DNA of 64,000 nucleotides from Schmidtea polychroa (Eukaryota): NCBI GenBank assembly GCA_044892525.1, contig CM097885.1, positions 51,400,001 to 51,464,000 of the forward strand, read 5' to 3'. Shown piece by piece: positions 37,977 to 48,462 of this stretch (position 1 is its first letter; each line of letters starts with the position of its first letter). The notes under the pieces were generated by a model. It saw only the letters and a program-made list of their open reading frames with translations, ran no database searches and was not told where the DNA came from. The position numbers and the translations under genes were made by a program.

Positions 37977-38765
37977 CTAAAACAAACTTTTCCATATTTC
38001 AGCTTCTTCTCTATCCAAATAAATATAATTATATTTTTCTTTCCAATGATTATCAACAAACATATCAAACATATTCTTATCAGGTTCAACATTTGAAAAT
38101 AAATCATTATAAATCATATTCTTATCACGGCGATCTAATTTAAAAAATATAAAACAATTGGAATTATTTCTTATTGAATTTTTATCTAAAGCATAATATG
38201 TTTGAGATATATAAATAACATTACAATTATTATGTCGACCTCGTGTAAAGTAACTCTTTTGAATCTCTTGATTTTTCATGTTGACAACATCATCAAATAT
38301 AACTAGATTCTTTTTATTTTTAGGAAGTAAATCACAATGTAAAACATCTTCAGGTTTATTAGAGAATAAAACTTGAATTGCCTCCTGCCCTTCTTCACAA
38401 ATATAATCATTTTTATTACTAATATCTGATTCTAAAATCTTTTCCTTATACCAATCAACCATATCACAAGGTTGAAAAACTTCTTCAGGACACCTATGTT
38501 GATTTTTAAAAATATCAATTATTGCTTTTTTAGTTAATTTATTTTCAAATCCACATTTCAAAAGTTGTAATTCTGGTTGATTTATGGTTGTAGAATAAAA
38601 GATTAAATTATAATCTAAAAAATCATCTTCAAGTAACATTCTCAAAACAAGTACATTCTTTCCACATCCAGAAGAACCAACAATTAATAATCTAAAATTA
38701 TCAGGAAATACTTTATTATTAAATTTACTCTTATGTCTATTTAAAATTGGTTTCCAAATATCCAT
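37977..38765 (-). CDS. A32/FtsK-like genome packaging ATPase (likely start MDIWKP at 38765)
   Basis: Walker A GSSGCGKN, Walker B LVIFDD, RGRH..YISQ..IRNN. Confidence 0.92.
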   Translation of the reverse strand: MDIWKPILNRHKSKFNNKVFPDNFRLLIVGSSGCGKNVLVLRMLLEDDFLDYNLIFYSTTINQPELQLLKCGFENKLTKKAIIDIFKNQHRCPEEVFQPCDMVDWYKEKILESDISNKNDYICEEGQEAIQVLFSNKPEDVLHCDLLPKNKKNLVIFDDVVNMKNQEIQKSYFTRGRHNNCNVIYISQTYYALDKNSIRNNSNCFIFFKLDRRDKNMIYNDLFSNVEPDKNMFDMFVDNHWKEKYNYIYLDREEAEIWKSLF

Positions 38766-38780
38766 TTTGTTTATTATAAA

Positions 38781-39374
38781 ATGACCTCGAAGAGTTCCTC
38801 TACTGAAGAATCTTTGCAAGAATTAATAAATTCAAATAAAAATAAATCAGTAGTAATTGATGGTAAAAAATATTTTATTGGAAAACATGTAAAAGAACAA
38901 GTTAGAGCGAAGCTCCACGAAGCTAAAGAAGGTGGCATTCTTCCATTAGCTGCTTTAATACCTGCAATCATTGCTGGTTTATCAGGTGCTGCTGGAATAG
39001 CTGGAGGAATTGCAACTACAGTTCAAAAAGCTAAAGAATCTCAAAAGACAGACCTAGAAAAAGAAAAACTACAAACTGAAATCGATTCAATGAAGAAGGT
39101 AGGGCAAGCTAAAGGGGGAGTGTCCGTTGGAAAGGGTCTCTATCTTAATCCATATGAGGGGAGTCGGCAAAAGTCTCAGGGCAAAGGTCTCTATCTTGAT
39201 CCTTATAAAGGTAGGGGTTTAAATGATTTTTTAAAAAATCAAATTTCTACATCTGAATCTTTATCTTCAAAAGATAAAGAAGATTTTAAAAAAATATGTA
39301 AATCTTTAAAGAATGGATGCCTTTGTAAAACTAAAAATGGTAAAGGATTATACTTGAAGCCCTTCGAACTATGA
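38781..39374 (+). CDS. Putative virion core / membrane-lytic precursor (cupiennin-like GG-ILPL peptide; repeated GKGLYL)
   Basis: EGGILPLAALIPAIIAGLSGAAGIAGG; three GKGLYLxP repeats resembling protease-processed core proteins of Polintons/adintoviruses. Confidence 0.7.
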   Translation: MTSKSSSTEESLQELINSNKNKSVVIDGKKYFIGKHVKEQVRAKLHEAKEGGILPLAALIPAIIAGLSGAAGIAGGIATTVQKAKESQKTDLEKEKLQTEIDSMKKVGQAKGGVSVGKGLYLNPYEGSRQKSQGKGLYLDPYKGRGLNDFLKNQISTSESLSSKDKEDFKKICKSLKNGCLCKTKNGKGLYLKPFEL

Positions 39375-39396
39375 TACCATTTTTGATACCATTAAA

Positions 39397-40290
39397 ATGG
39401 TATATGAAGAAAGATTAGCACTTTTAAAAAAATTACAATCAGAACAAGATAAATATAATAAAAAAGATACAACTCAACATGCTGAATCTATAATATTAAA
39501 TGAGGTAATAACACAACAACAGGGGCCAATAATTAAAGCTATAAAAGAGTTGGAAGATTTCAATGAGCAAGCAAAATTTAAAGAGTTAGAAGATAAAAAA
39601 CAAAAAATAAAAGAACTAGAGTGGCAGGATAAAGAAAAAGAATCCAGTGAAAACCATCCTGAAAGTCATTCTGAAAGAAATCAAAGAAAACGCAGAAGAA
39701 TTTCTAATGTGGAAGAAGAAGAAATGTTTTTAAAAACAAAAGCTCTTAAAGTTGATCCTAAAATTAGAGATGATTTACCTCCTTCAATTAGACCCACATT
39801 TAATACTAATACTGAAGGATATCAAATAATAACAATTAATAAACAAAACTTTACTTTATATTCAAATTCAGAAAATAAATCACGTATTCATTCACAAAAT
39901 GTTTATAATAATGAATATTTAGACTTTGAATTTACAGATGATTTTTATAGATTACTTTGTGGATATTCTTCAGATGATGTTGAAGAAATTAAAAAATATT
40001 TAAATTTAATAAAATTAATAAGAGCTAGTTCTAAAGCAAAATATATTCAAGATTTAAAGAATTATTTAAATAAAAATGAAAAGGGTTATGTTGTTACAGA
40101 GGGAGAGGGATTAATTAGTGAAGGTGGTAAACCAAATCCCATCAATCTTTTTATTGAATTAAGAAAACTATTAGCTTCAAGGAAAGCAGGACATAATAAT
40201 TTAGATTCTGATATTTTAAAGATTTCTAAAGATTTGTTAAAACAAGGAATAATTTCAAAAGATAAATTTAATAAGTATACGAAGTTATAA
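39397..40290 (+). CDS. Conserved Polinton protein (PZ-like), putative core protein
   Basis: C-terminal GEGL..LRKLLASRKAGHNN..LLKQGIIS pattern; element context. Confidence 0.65.
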   Translation: MVYEERLALLKKLQSEQDKYNKKDTTQHAESIILNEVITQQQGPIIKAIKELEDFNEQAKFKELEDKKQKIKELEWQDKEKESSENHPESHSERNQRKRRRISNVEEEEMFLKTKALKVDPKIRDDLPPSIRPTFNTNTEGYQIITINKQNFTLYSNSENKSRIHSQNVYNNEYLDFEFTDDFYRLLCGYSSDDVEEIKKYLNLIKLIRASSKAKYIQDLKNYLNKNEKGYVVTEGEGLISEGGKPNPINLFIELRKLLASRKAGHNNLDSDILKISKDLLKQGIISKDKFNKYTKL

Positions 40291-40312
40291 ATACGAAGTT
40301 TTAAAATACAAA

Positions 40313-40765
40313 ATGACTCCTTCAATATTAGATTTTTTAAAAACAATTGGAATAAATGCAAAAACAAATTTTGATTTAAAAGATTATGCAAATTATTTAA
40401 ATTTAAAAATTAAAATATTAATGAATGATGAATTATCAAGTCTGGAGAGTCCCCTGAATATAATAATCAATTATCAAAATTCAAAGGAAAAAGGATCTCA
40501 TTGGGTTTGTATATATAAGAAATCTATCTACTTTGATTCTTTTGGGATTAAACCTACTAAAGAAGTTGAAGATTATCTCTTGAGGGGTTCTCCGATTGAT
40601 TCCCCAAATGGTTATACTTTTAACTCTTTACAAGTTCAACCTTTGAATACTAAAATATGTGGTATTTTAAGTTTATATGTTTTGTATAGATTGAATATGG
40701 GGCATACGCAGGATTTTGAATCTATAATTCAAGAAATTTATAATTATCTAGAATCTCTACTATAA
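40313..40765 (+). CDS. Adenain-like cysteine maturation protease
   Basis: GSHWVC (His), YFDSFG (Asp), QVQ..ICG (Gln/Cys). Confidence 0.92.
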   Translation: MTPSILDFLKTIGINAKTNFDLKDYANYLNLKIKILMNDELSSLESPLNIIINYQNSKEKGSHWVCIYKKSIYFDSFGIKPTKEVEDYLLRGSPIDSPNGYTFNSLQVQPLNTKICGILSLYVLYRLNMGHTQDFESIIQEIYNYLESLL

Positions 40766-40813
40766 GGATTTTTACTATAAGGATTTTTACTATATGAATT
40801 TACTACTAAAGAA

Positions 40814-41578
40814 ATGGAGCTTCACAACCCTCCGGAAGATAATTTAAAAAAAATGGTAAACATAATGTCAGATAAATATTCAAGAACTTTATCTATAAAT
40901 TCAAAAGAATCAGACTTTACTATAAACTTTCAAGATTCAATTAAATTAGATCAAAATTTAAATTATGAATTGGGGCTATTATGGTTTTGTGCTTATAATA
41001 CTATTTTTAATATAACTAAAGATAATAATAAATTTACTATTCAAACTCGTGATGGGCATAAACCAGAAATTATAACAATAGAACCTGGGGCATATGAGAT
41101 AAAAGATTTAAATGATATACTTTCTAAAAAAACAAATGAAGGTATTAAAATTAAAATGGATATACCAACTTCAAAATGTGTAATGACTTTGAAGAATATA
41201 AAAATTAGTTTTTTAGATAATTGTTTCTTTCACACAGTTTTAGGATTTAAACCTATGGATATAACAATAAAAGAAGATAAAATAATAACATCAGAACATA
41301 TTATAAAAATAATAAATACAAACACAATAAATAGTCATTGCGATTGTATAACAGGTTCTTATAATAATGGTAAACAAACAAATGTTTTATATTCCTTTCC
41401 CTCAAACACAGTTCCTATGGGATATAAAATAGTTGAAAGAATGAATCCTCCAAATTATTTACCTTTATGTAGAAAATATATAATGGATATTAATTTTAAA
41501 ATTCTTAATCAAGAAGGAGAATTGATTGATTTTAATGGAGAAGAGATTTCAATGTATTTACATTTGAAACAGGTTTAG
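40814..41578 (+). CDS. Minor capsid protein (penton, single jelly-roll)
   Basis: YNTIFNI..NNKF, IEPGAYEI, CDCITGSYNNG, VPMGYKIVERMNPPNYLPL, NQEGELIDFNGE. Confidence 0.85.
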   Translation: MELHNPPEDNLKKMVNIMSDKYSRTLSINSKESDFTINFQDSIKLDQNLNYELGLLWFCAYNTIFNITKDNNKFTIQTRDGHKPEIITIEPGAYEIKDLNDILSKKTNEGIKIKMDIPTSKCVMTLKNIKISFLDNCFFHTVLGFKPMDITIKEDKIITSEHIIKIINTNTINSHCDCITGSYNNGKQTNVLYSFPSNTVPMGYKIVERMNPPNYLPLCRKYIMDINFKILNQEGELIDFNGEEISMYLHLKQV

Positions 41579-41618
41579 TTCCTCTCAGGGGACTCCGTCC
41601 ATTTTAAATTATTAATAA

Positions 41619-42629
41619 ATGAGTTCTTATATTCCATGTAATAGAGGTGGTGGAACAATAAAAACAGGGTTTAATACAGAAGAAATATTAACTTTAACAG
41701 AAAATAAATATATTAATGAAAGAGGTGATTCAATGAAGGGTGATTTAATTTTAAATGGACACAAGATAAAAGAATTATCTTTTCCAACTGATGAAGCTGA
41801 TGCAGTTAATAAGAAATATGTAGATGGTGTTAAAAAATATACTGATTTAACAACAACAAGAATTGAAAGTTCATTAACAACAAAAATTGATTCAATGGAA
41901 TCAAAGCTTAATAATATCGAACAACGATTTAATGATAAATTTGACAAGTTACAAAGTCTGTTAACTGAACAAGTTGTAAAGTTAAATACTGCTATATTAA
42001 ATTCTAAAGATAAACAAATTATGAATACTAAATTTAATGCAATATATAATATAATAAATGAGATGATTACATCATTTAATAAAAGAATTTCAAATTTAGA
42101 GTCTCATGGAACACACATTAACACCACACATAGTATTAGAAAAAGAGCTGCTGAATTAGAACAGAATAAAACATTATTACCCCATACATATAAACATTTT
42201 ATAGAACCAAGTTTAATAACAACAAACAGTAAAGAATGGGGTGTTTTTATGGTTGTAAAAATTATTGATCCTTATTTCTTTTTGTTTGATGATGATAATG
42301 AAAGAATGAAATGGTTTGTGAAATGTGATTATAATAGTAAGCTTGAAAAGGGTGATGTTATAATGACTAGTTATGATTTACCACACGGAGATTGGTATGT
42401 TAATACTCATTCACATGGACTACATAAAGTTAAAAGTAAGAATATTCATTTTTCTAGTTCACTTGTACAATATATAGATTTAATATTTTATGAAAAAAAG
42501 GTTGATGTTGATGAAGTTCGTAAAGCATTGAGAGAATTGTATAAAGACATCCTCTCAACAAGAGTTTCTTTTGATATCCGAGTATTGGTACCAGATGGTG
42601 CTCAGAAGAATAAAGTCTTATTTTTTTAA
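41619..42629 (+). CDS. Putative fiber/spike protein
   Basis: GDSMKGDLILNGHKIKELSFPTDEADAVNKKYVD fiber-type motif, then coiled coil and a beta-rich C-terminal domain. Confidence 0.6.
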   Translation: MSSYIPCNRGGGTIKTGFNTEEILTLTENKYINERGDSMKGDLILNGHKIKELSFPTDEADAVNKKYVDGVKKYTDLTTTRIESSLTTKIDSMESKLNNIEQRFNDKFDKLQSLLTEQVVKLNTAILNSKDKQIMNTKFNAIYNIINEMITSFNKRISNLESHGTHINTTHSIRKRAAELEQNKTLLPHTYKHFIEPSLITTNSKEWGVFMVVKIIDPYFFLFDDDNERMKWFVKCDYNSKLEKGDVIMTSYDLPHGDWYVNTHSHGLHKVKSKNIHFSSSLVQYIDLIFYEKKVDVDEVRKALRELYKDILSTRVSFDIRVLVPDGAQKNKVLFF

Positions 42630-42637
42630 TTATTAAA

Positions 42638-43216
42638 ATGGAAGAAGTAAGAGAAGAAAAAATTTACCCAGAATTGAGATCATCAGGATATTATTCTTCC
42701 AAGGCCTCGGCTCCCACAGAACTTGAAATTATGAGAGTAAAAGAATTTAAATCAGAAACCTTACATTTACAAGATTTATTAAAGCATTATAAAAAAATTA
42801 AAAATAGATGGAATAAAGGGAATACAGTTTTAAAAGTTATAGGTTATTCTTTAGGATTTGCATCTGCAATATTAACAGTTATTTTACCCATAACTTTACC
42901 AGTTGTTACTCTTGCACCTGTAATACTTGGAAGTATTTCTGTGGCTGATGGTTTCTTAACTGAAATAGTTTCATTATCTTATACTTCTAAAAAGAAAAGT
43001 TTATATAGAGAAGTTTGTTTATCAATAGAATTAGGAATCTCTAAATTATTTTTATTTCAATTAAAAGCTTTGGAAGATGGAATCCTGACAGACGAAGAAA
43101 TAATGAAATCAAATCAAATAATACAAGATATAAAGAATGAGGTTATAAGATTAAAAAGGGAGGGCATGGTGGCTAATGTTATAAGTAATAAAAAACATCT
43201 CGAGAAAAATGGTTAA
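42638..43216 (+). CDS. Polinton membrane-associated protein (PW/GasderminX-like)
   Basis: KIYPEL N-terminus, basic helix, hydrophobic hairpin, KALEDGILTDEE. Confidence 0.6.
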   Translation: MEEVREEKIYPELRSSGYYSSKASAPTELEIMRVKEFKSETLHLQDLLKHYKKIKNRWNKGNTVLKVIGYSLGFASAILTVILPITLPVVTLAPVILGSISVADGFLTEIVSLSYTSKKKSLYREVCLSIELGISKLFLFQLKALEDGILTDEEIMKSNQIIQDIKNEVIRLKREGMVANVISNKKHLEKNG

Positions 43217-43327
43217 AGAATTCTTACTTATAAAATGGGTGTATTTTTAAAAAAGTAGATCAGGTTGCTATAGTTGCTTAAATTAATTGTCGACATTTTA
43301 TTATTAAAAAATTAAATATCGTTGGTT

Positions 43328-46300
43328 TCAGTTATGGTTGAAAGCCAACCTATGAATCATTAATTTATGATCTTTAAATTCTTTATCACTTAGACCTTTT
43401 ATATATTCAGGATCAGTATTAAAATATTTAAGTTCTAAACATATAGGATTAAAAACTTGAGAATATAAAGGTTTCTCGATTTCTCTCTCGGGATAAATAA
43501 TTTCAACATTATAAATATCAAGATCAGTAATCTTTGTATCATATAACTTATTCAACTTTTCTAGATTTTTTATTATAGGGATTAAATTATTTCCAATAGG
43601 TAGAGTTGTCTTTAAATCACTTAGTATGAATCTCTTATCATCATAATTTGATAATGATACTTTTTGAGATTCTATCAAGTGAATATCATGGTTTTCACTT
43701 TTAAGTTGATGTATTTCATCAATTTTATCTTTATGATTTGGATTCAATGTATCTATATAATCTTGATGAGAAAGATTCTTTGCCACCACTCTCTGTATTC
43801 CTTTACATCTGTTATCCTTTACAGGTTTTTCTTCTTTAGGAAATATAGGATATCTATGTGTAATGGTTTCTTCTGTTTCTGGAGTTTTAAATATAAATGA
43901 TCTAGTTATAAATTCAGGGTTTCTAAATGTTTCGTATGAATATTGTTTAGCACGAATAAATATTCCATTTTCTATAGGAGTAAAAGGTTTTTCATCTTTA
44001 AACGAAAATAGTTCTCCAGATGAATTTATTAAATTTGAAAGTATAGGATTTTCTTTCATATCTTTTTGTAAATCATGAGTTCTTATTGTTAAAAACATTG
44101 AATCTGTATCCATTGCATGCATTGATATATTTGCTCCGTATATAGGTTGTAAGATGTTATAATATGTTTCATACATTTGTAATTTTGAAAGTTCTAAAAT
44201 TGTAAACCCTATAAATATTGGTTTGTTATATGTTTTCTCATAATTTTTTAATTCTACTGCAGTAAGATTTTCAGAAAATACTTGTGCGTTTTTAAATGTA
44301 GGCTTTCCTAGCATGCGATTATAACGCTTAATATCTTTGGTAGTATTTGTTAGGAGTTCAATATGAGTATATTTATCAACATTCTCCATTGTTTTCCCAA
44401 AGACTGAATTGTTTAAAATTTTATAATTATTATCTTTAAAAAGATTACCTTCTCTTTTTGCAATGTTTCGGCACCTAATGTTCTCCTCGATAAAAGCTTT
44501 CATGAATGGAGCTTGTTTAAATCTTATGACACTATGAACTTTTTTTAATATCATTCCTCGTGAAAGATAAAATTGGAGGAGTCTATAGTGACAAAGATAA
44601 AACCTTCGATCTGTTTGATCACAAAGAAGTTTCATTGTTGGAGGTTTATCTTGTGAGATTTGCCATTCAGAAAGTTCGTTGATATCAATCTTTCTTCTTA
44701 TGGGAGCTAAAGGAAAATATCTTGTTCCTGATTTTATATCATCTGGATAGTCGAGGTCGCATTCTATAAAGTAACCTATTGGAGAATCTTTCGATGTTGA
44801 AAGTATTTCTTTCATAAGGTCATCTGTTGGGTTCTCTATTTCAGTGAAATCACCCATTGGTAAAAATTGAGTCATAATTCCTGAATATAAAGCTGTTGCA
44901 TCTATATAAAGTATAAATATAGGATTTTTCATTGTTTCTAATAATTCTTTTAATTCCTCATTGTTAATTTTCATATATGGATCATCAGGGTGTTTAGATA
45001 GTCTTCGGCTAGTAGTTATTGCATTTCTAGCTTTTATTTCTCTATTCCCCATTACTGAAGAGACTCCTCCTCTAATGTTTGTTTTAATTTGGTTAAACAT
45101 ATCGAGGTTAGTTAAAAGATCTATAATTTTATCAGCATCTTCTATATTTGAAGTCCAAATGGTATATAACATAGTATCCCAAGCTAAAGAGGGTGCAGTT
45201 ATATAATTATAAGGTTTAAGAACAAAAGAGTTTGTAAATTCTTCAAAGCAATCTGCTAGAATATAAACATCCAAGGATAAATACATACTTGTATATTCTC
45301 CTAAAGTTTTACACTTGAATAATTCCCACATTTTATTTGCTCGAGAATATTCTTGATTTGTAATATGATTTTTTTGAAGTTGTGAATAGAAATCTTCTTG
45401 GCTAGGAAGACTTGTTTCATTATATCTTTCAAACGAGTCAACATAGTCATAAGGATATATTCCTTTTGCTAAACATGTAGGATATTCTTCTAGAGGAATA
45501 TTATTTTTTTCCAAGAATTCTCGAGTGATTTTAAAATTTTCTGGTTTCATTGTTTTTGCTACTGCATCTAAAGACATTTGGAGAAAGTTTAACGAGTCTA
45601 TAAATTTTAATTTTCCATATTCAATTGATTTATATTTTTCCTTTGTTAAGCCGATAACTTTGAAAGAGTTTTTAGCATTTGCTGCGAGGTGTTTAATAAA
45701 TAGATGTATGTCATATCCAAAAAGATTATGAAATATAACAGGTATAAATTTAGGAGTATGGCAATTAAGATTGCAATTTTTATGAGCTGCTCCTCGATAA
45801 TTATTTTCCTTTTTTAAATGATCATGATCTATAACTTTTTCATCAGGAAGAATATTCTGTTTACACATCCAACAGTTGGAAGTATTTTCATATTCTTGTT
45901 GTTGTTGATTAGAAATATTTTGAGGATACTTTGTTTTTAATATTTTAAATATTTCATGTTCTAGATCATTTATATTTTTAGTAAAATGATTCAAGACTTC
46001 TTCAGGGGTACCTCCTAGAATTGAATATTCTCTAGATTCTATGAGTTCAGGATAATTACTTTTAAATAATAATTTATAAGCAGATTGTTTAGTTTTTTTA
46101 ACACTATTAGGTTTATTTCTTTTTCTTAGAAAGGCTTTCATCCTCTCTGGTTTCATCTTCTCTCCTGAGGAGTTCCATAAATCCATGAGTTTATTTTTTT
46201 CTATTATTTTTAAATATTGATAAACCAAATCTTGTTTATGGTTTATAGATTCAAAGTCACCATAAAGAACTCCAACTGTTTGTAGTAAATTTGAAAAGTT

Positions 46301-47637
46301 TTTAAAATACATCTTGGGATTATTAGGCATTTTAATTAAAGCTGGATCATCTTTTTCACAAAATCTTGTATGTTTAATCATAGAGTTTTTAGTTGTTGAA
46401 TAATGAAGACATCTTTTACATGTTCCTCCTCCACTAGTTGGATTCTCTGGAGATGTAAAAGCTTGAAAGTTTTTTATTAAAACATAATGTTGATTATTTT
46501 CTTGTTCCAAGATTAAAAGATATATCTCGTTGTCCTGTGCTCCGTTATCCTTGGTTCCACTATCTGAAATATAAATTGGAATAATTTCTTTCCCTATAAC
46601 ATGTTCATAAATATTAAGTTTAAGATTATTTAATTTTTCAAATTCTGGAATGTCTTCTAGTTTCATTGGGTGTTTGAATCCTTTGGGAAATATTAATTCA
46701 TTTTCATATTGTTTGTATTTTGAATTTTGTATTTTGTTGCTTGAGGATGTAAATGTGCAAGTATTGACCAGATGAAACATTTGTTATCATTATTCTGTAC
46801 ATTTATAACATTTTTAGATTTAAAGGGTGTAGGAATATAAGATTTAGGATTGGGTGGTAATCCTCTCCAATAATCAATCACTAAAGTTTGGAAAGAGTTG
46901 AATACTAAGTTTGAATCTCCTAATTCATTTTCTACTTCCTCTTGTTTTGCTTCTGCTGCTTTAATTATTTCTTTGATGGTTTTATCAAATCCTTTAATTG
47001 AAAATAAATATTTAAAAGGTATTCCAATTTCAACATCTAAGGGTGTTGTCTTTTCTTCTGCTCCTCGCCAGTATTTTGCTTTGATTATAATTTTATATTT
47101 TATAACATTATACCTTGTCGGTTTATAATTTTTTAAAGCTTCAGTGAAAGAATTTTTAATATTTTTTTTATTTTTATTTATATATTCTCCAGGAGTTGCA
47201 GGCCCATTAATTTTTAATTGAAATTCATCTATATGATTAAAATTATCCCAGTTATATTTTTCTCTTTCAACATGATCAGGCTCTCCTTCTGAATGACATT
47301 CCTCATCGTCAGAATTTTGTTTTTTATTTTTACATTCTTTTATATGTTCTAAATAATAGAAATTTAGTTTTGTTGAAAAGTTACAATGAGGACATGTAAA
47401 TATTTCTCTATTTTTCCCGATACAATTTTCAAAATGTTTATTATATCCAGAATGTAGAAATCTTCCTTTACATTTAAGACAAAGTTTTGAATTTGTATCA
47501 TTAAGATTATTTTCTTTTAATAAATGAGCTTTCGATTTTAAGTGAGAAATTAATCCAGTTTTATTTTTAAAAACTTTATTGCAAATATTACAATTCATTT
47601 TTAGAAAAAAATTTTTTATTGGATACCTTGTTTTCAT
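43328..47637 (-). pseudogene. Protein-primed family B DNA polymerase split by one frameshift near 46720-46740 (ORFs 46693-47637 and 43328-46780)
   Basis: N-terminal Zn fingers, NNDNKCFIWSILAHLHP | SKYKQYENEL; ExoI YGDFES; EndoVII-like DHDH..YRGAAH..CN; FHNL.GYD; KGIYPY; RGG; YIDATALY; KILNNSVFGKT; MDTDS; KQY. Confidence 0.93.
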
Positions 47638-47703
47638 TTTATTTTTTAAGATTTATATTATTCATTTTTTATAATAAAAATTTAAAAAATGACAAAAAAT
47701 CCA

Positions 47704-47787
47704 AACCTTGATGGCGCAGTGGGCTAGACTGACACAGTGGTTCAAAATGCTAGCGGTTCAAATCACATCTGAGGTTAGTTTTTTTTT
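47704..47787 (+). ncRNA. tRNA-like Pol III cassette, internal duplicate next to the right TIR
   Basis: A box TGGCGCAGTGG, B-box-like GGTTCAAATCA, closing stem AACCT/AGGTT, T9 terminator. Confidence 0.6.
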
Positions 47788-47936
47788 CAACATAAAATAA
47801 TATTAAGAATTTGAAAATAATATTGAAAATAGTGTGGGTATCTTATATTTATAAAGTACTTGTATATTTTATTTTATTTATTTTATTTTATTTTATTTTT
47901 TTATAAATTAAAAATTAAAAAAATGACAAAAATTCA

Positions 47937-48019
47937 AACCTTGATGGCGCAGTGGGCTAGACCGGCACCGTGGTTCAAATGGATAGCGGTTCAAATCCTA
48001 ACTACGGTTAGTTTTTTTT
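47937..48019 (+). ncRNA. tRNA-like Pol III cassette at the inner edge of the right TIR
   Basis: A box TGGCGCAGTGG, B box GGTTCAAATCC, T8 terminator. Confidence 0.65.
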
Positions 48020-48183
48020 CAACATAAAATAATATTAAAAATTTGAAAATAATAGTGTGGGTATCTTAGATTTATATTTTATTTTATTTATTTTTATTTT
48101 ATTTTATTTTATTTTATTTATTTTATTTATTTTATTTATTATTTTATTTTTTAAACATAAATATGAAAAAAAAATATTGAAAC

Positions 48184-48249
48184 GGGTGATGGTGGCGAAC
48201 CGGTAATTATCGCCACCTGTCTTTCGAACACCCCCGGATCGATCCCGGT
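48184..48249 (+). ncRNA. tRNA-like Pol III cassette (outer, right TIR)
   Basis: TGGCGAACCGG, hairpin GGTGGCGA/TCGCCACC, CCGG-ATCGATC-CCGG. Confidence 0.5.
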
Positions 48250-48281
48250 AATGTGCACATTTATTTCTCAGTTGTTTTCGG

Positions 48282-48462
48282 ACCTCTTTCGGATTCGCTT
48301 TCGAATTCATTTGTACTTTCGAGCAGCACGCTTAAAACGCCGTTGAAATCGACTTCGTGAGCGAGAAGCGAATAATAAGGCGTGCTGCTATTATCGGATT
48401 GATTCTGATGTATGAGTCTGGCCAGTTTGTATATTAGAAGAGATTTGATAAACGAAAGAGGT
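48282..48462 (+). ncRNA. Putative structured ncRNA domain in right TIR
   Basis: 48282-48291 pairs with 48453-48462; 48322-48331 pairs with 48380-48389; additional short hairpins. Confidence 0.4.

Noticed and set aside
40760..40782. ATAAG as a baculovirus-type late promoter
   Set aside because: Too short and common in AT-rich DNA; the element encodes no such RNA polymerase
46715..46745. Programmed -1 ribosomal frameshift in pPolB
   Set aside because: No canonical X XXY YYZ heptamer in frame and no obvious downstream structure
37467..47128. Short ORFs antisense to Polinton genes (e.g. 37467-37826, 40086-40391, 41627-41947, 43664-45731, 46898-47128)
   Set aside because: Shadows of long sense ORFs with no motifs
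48404..48460. Hammerhead ribozyme in the TIR (CTGATG ... CGAAA)
   Set aside because: The core reads CTGATGT rather than CTGANGA, and the stems do not fit hammerhead topology
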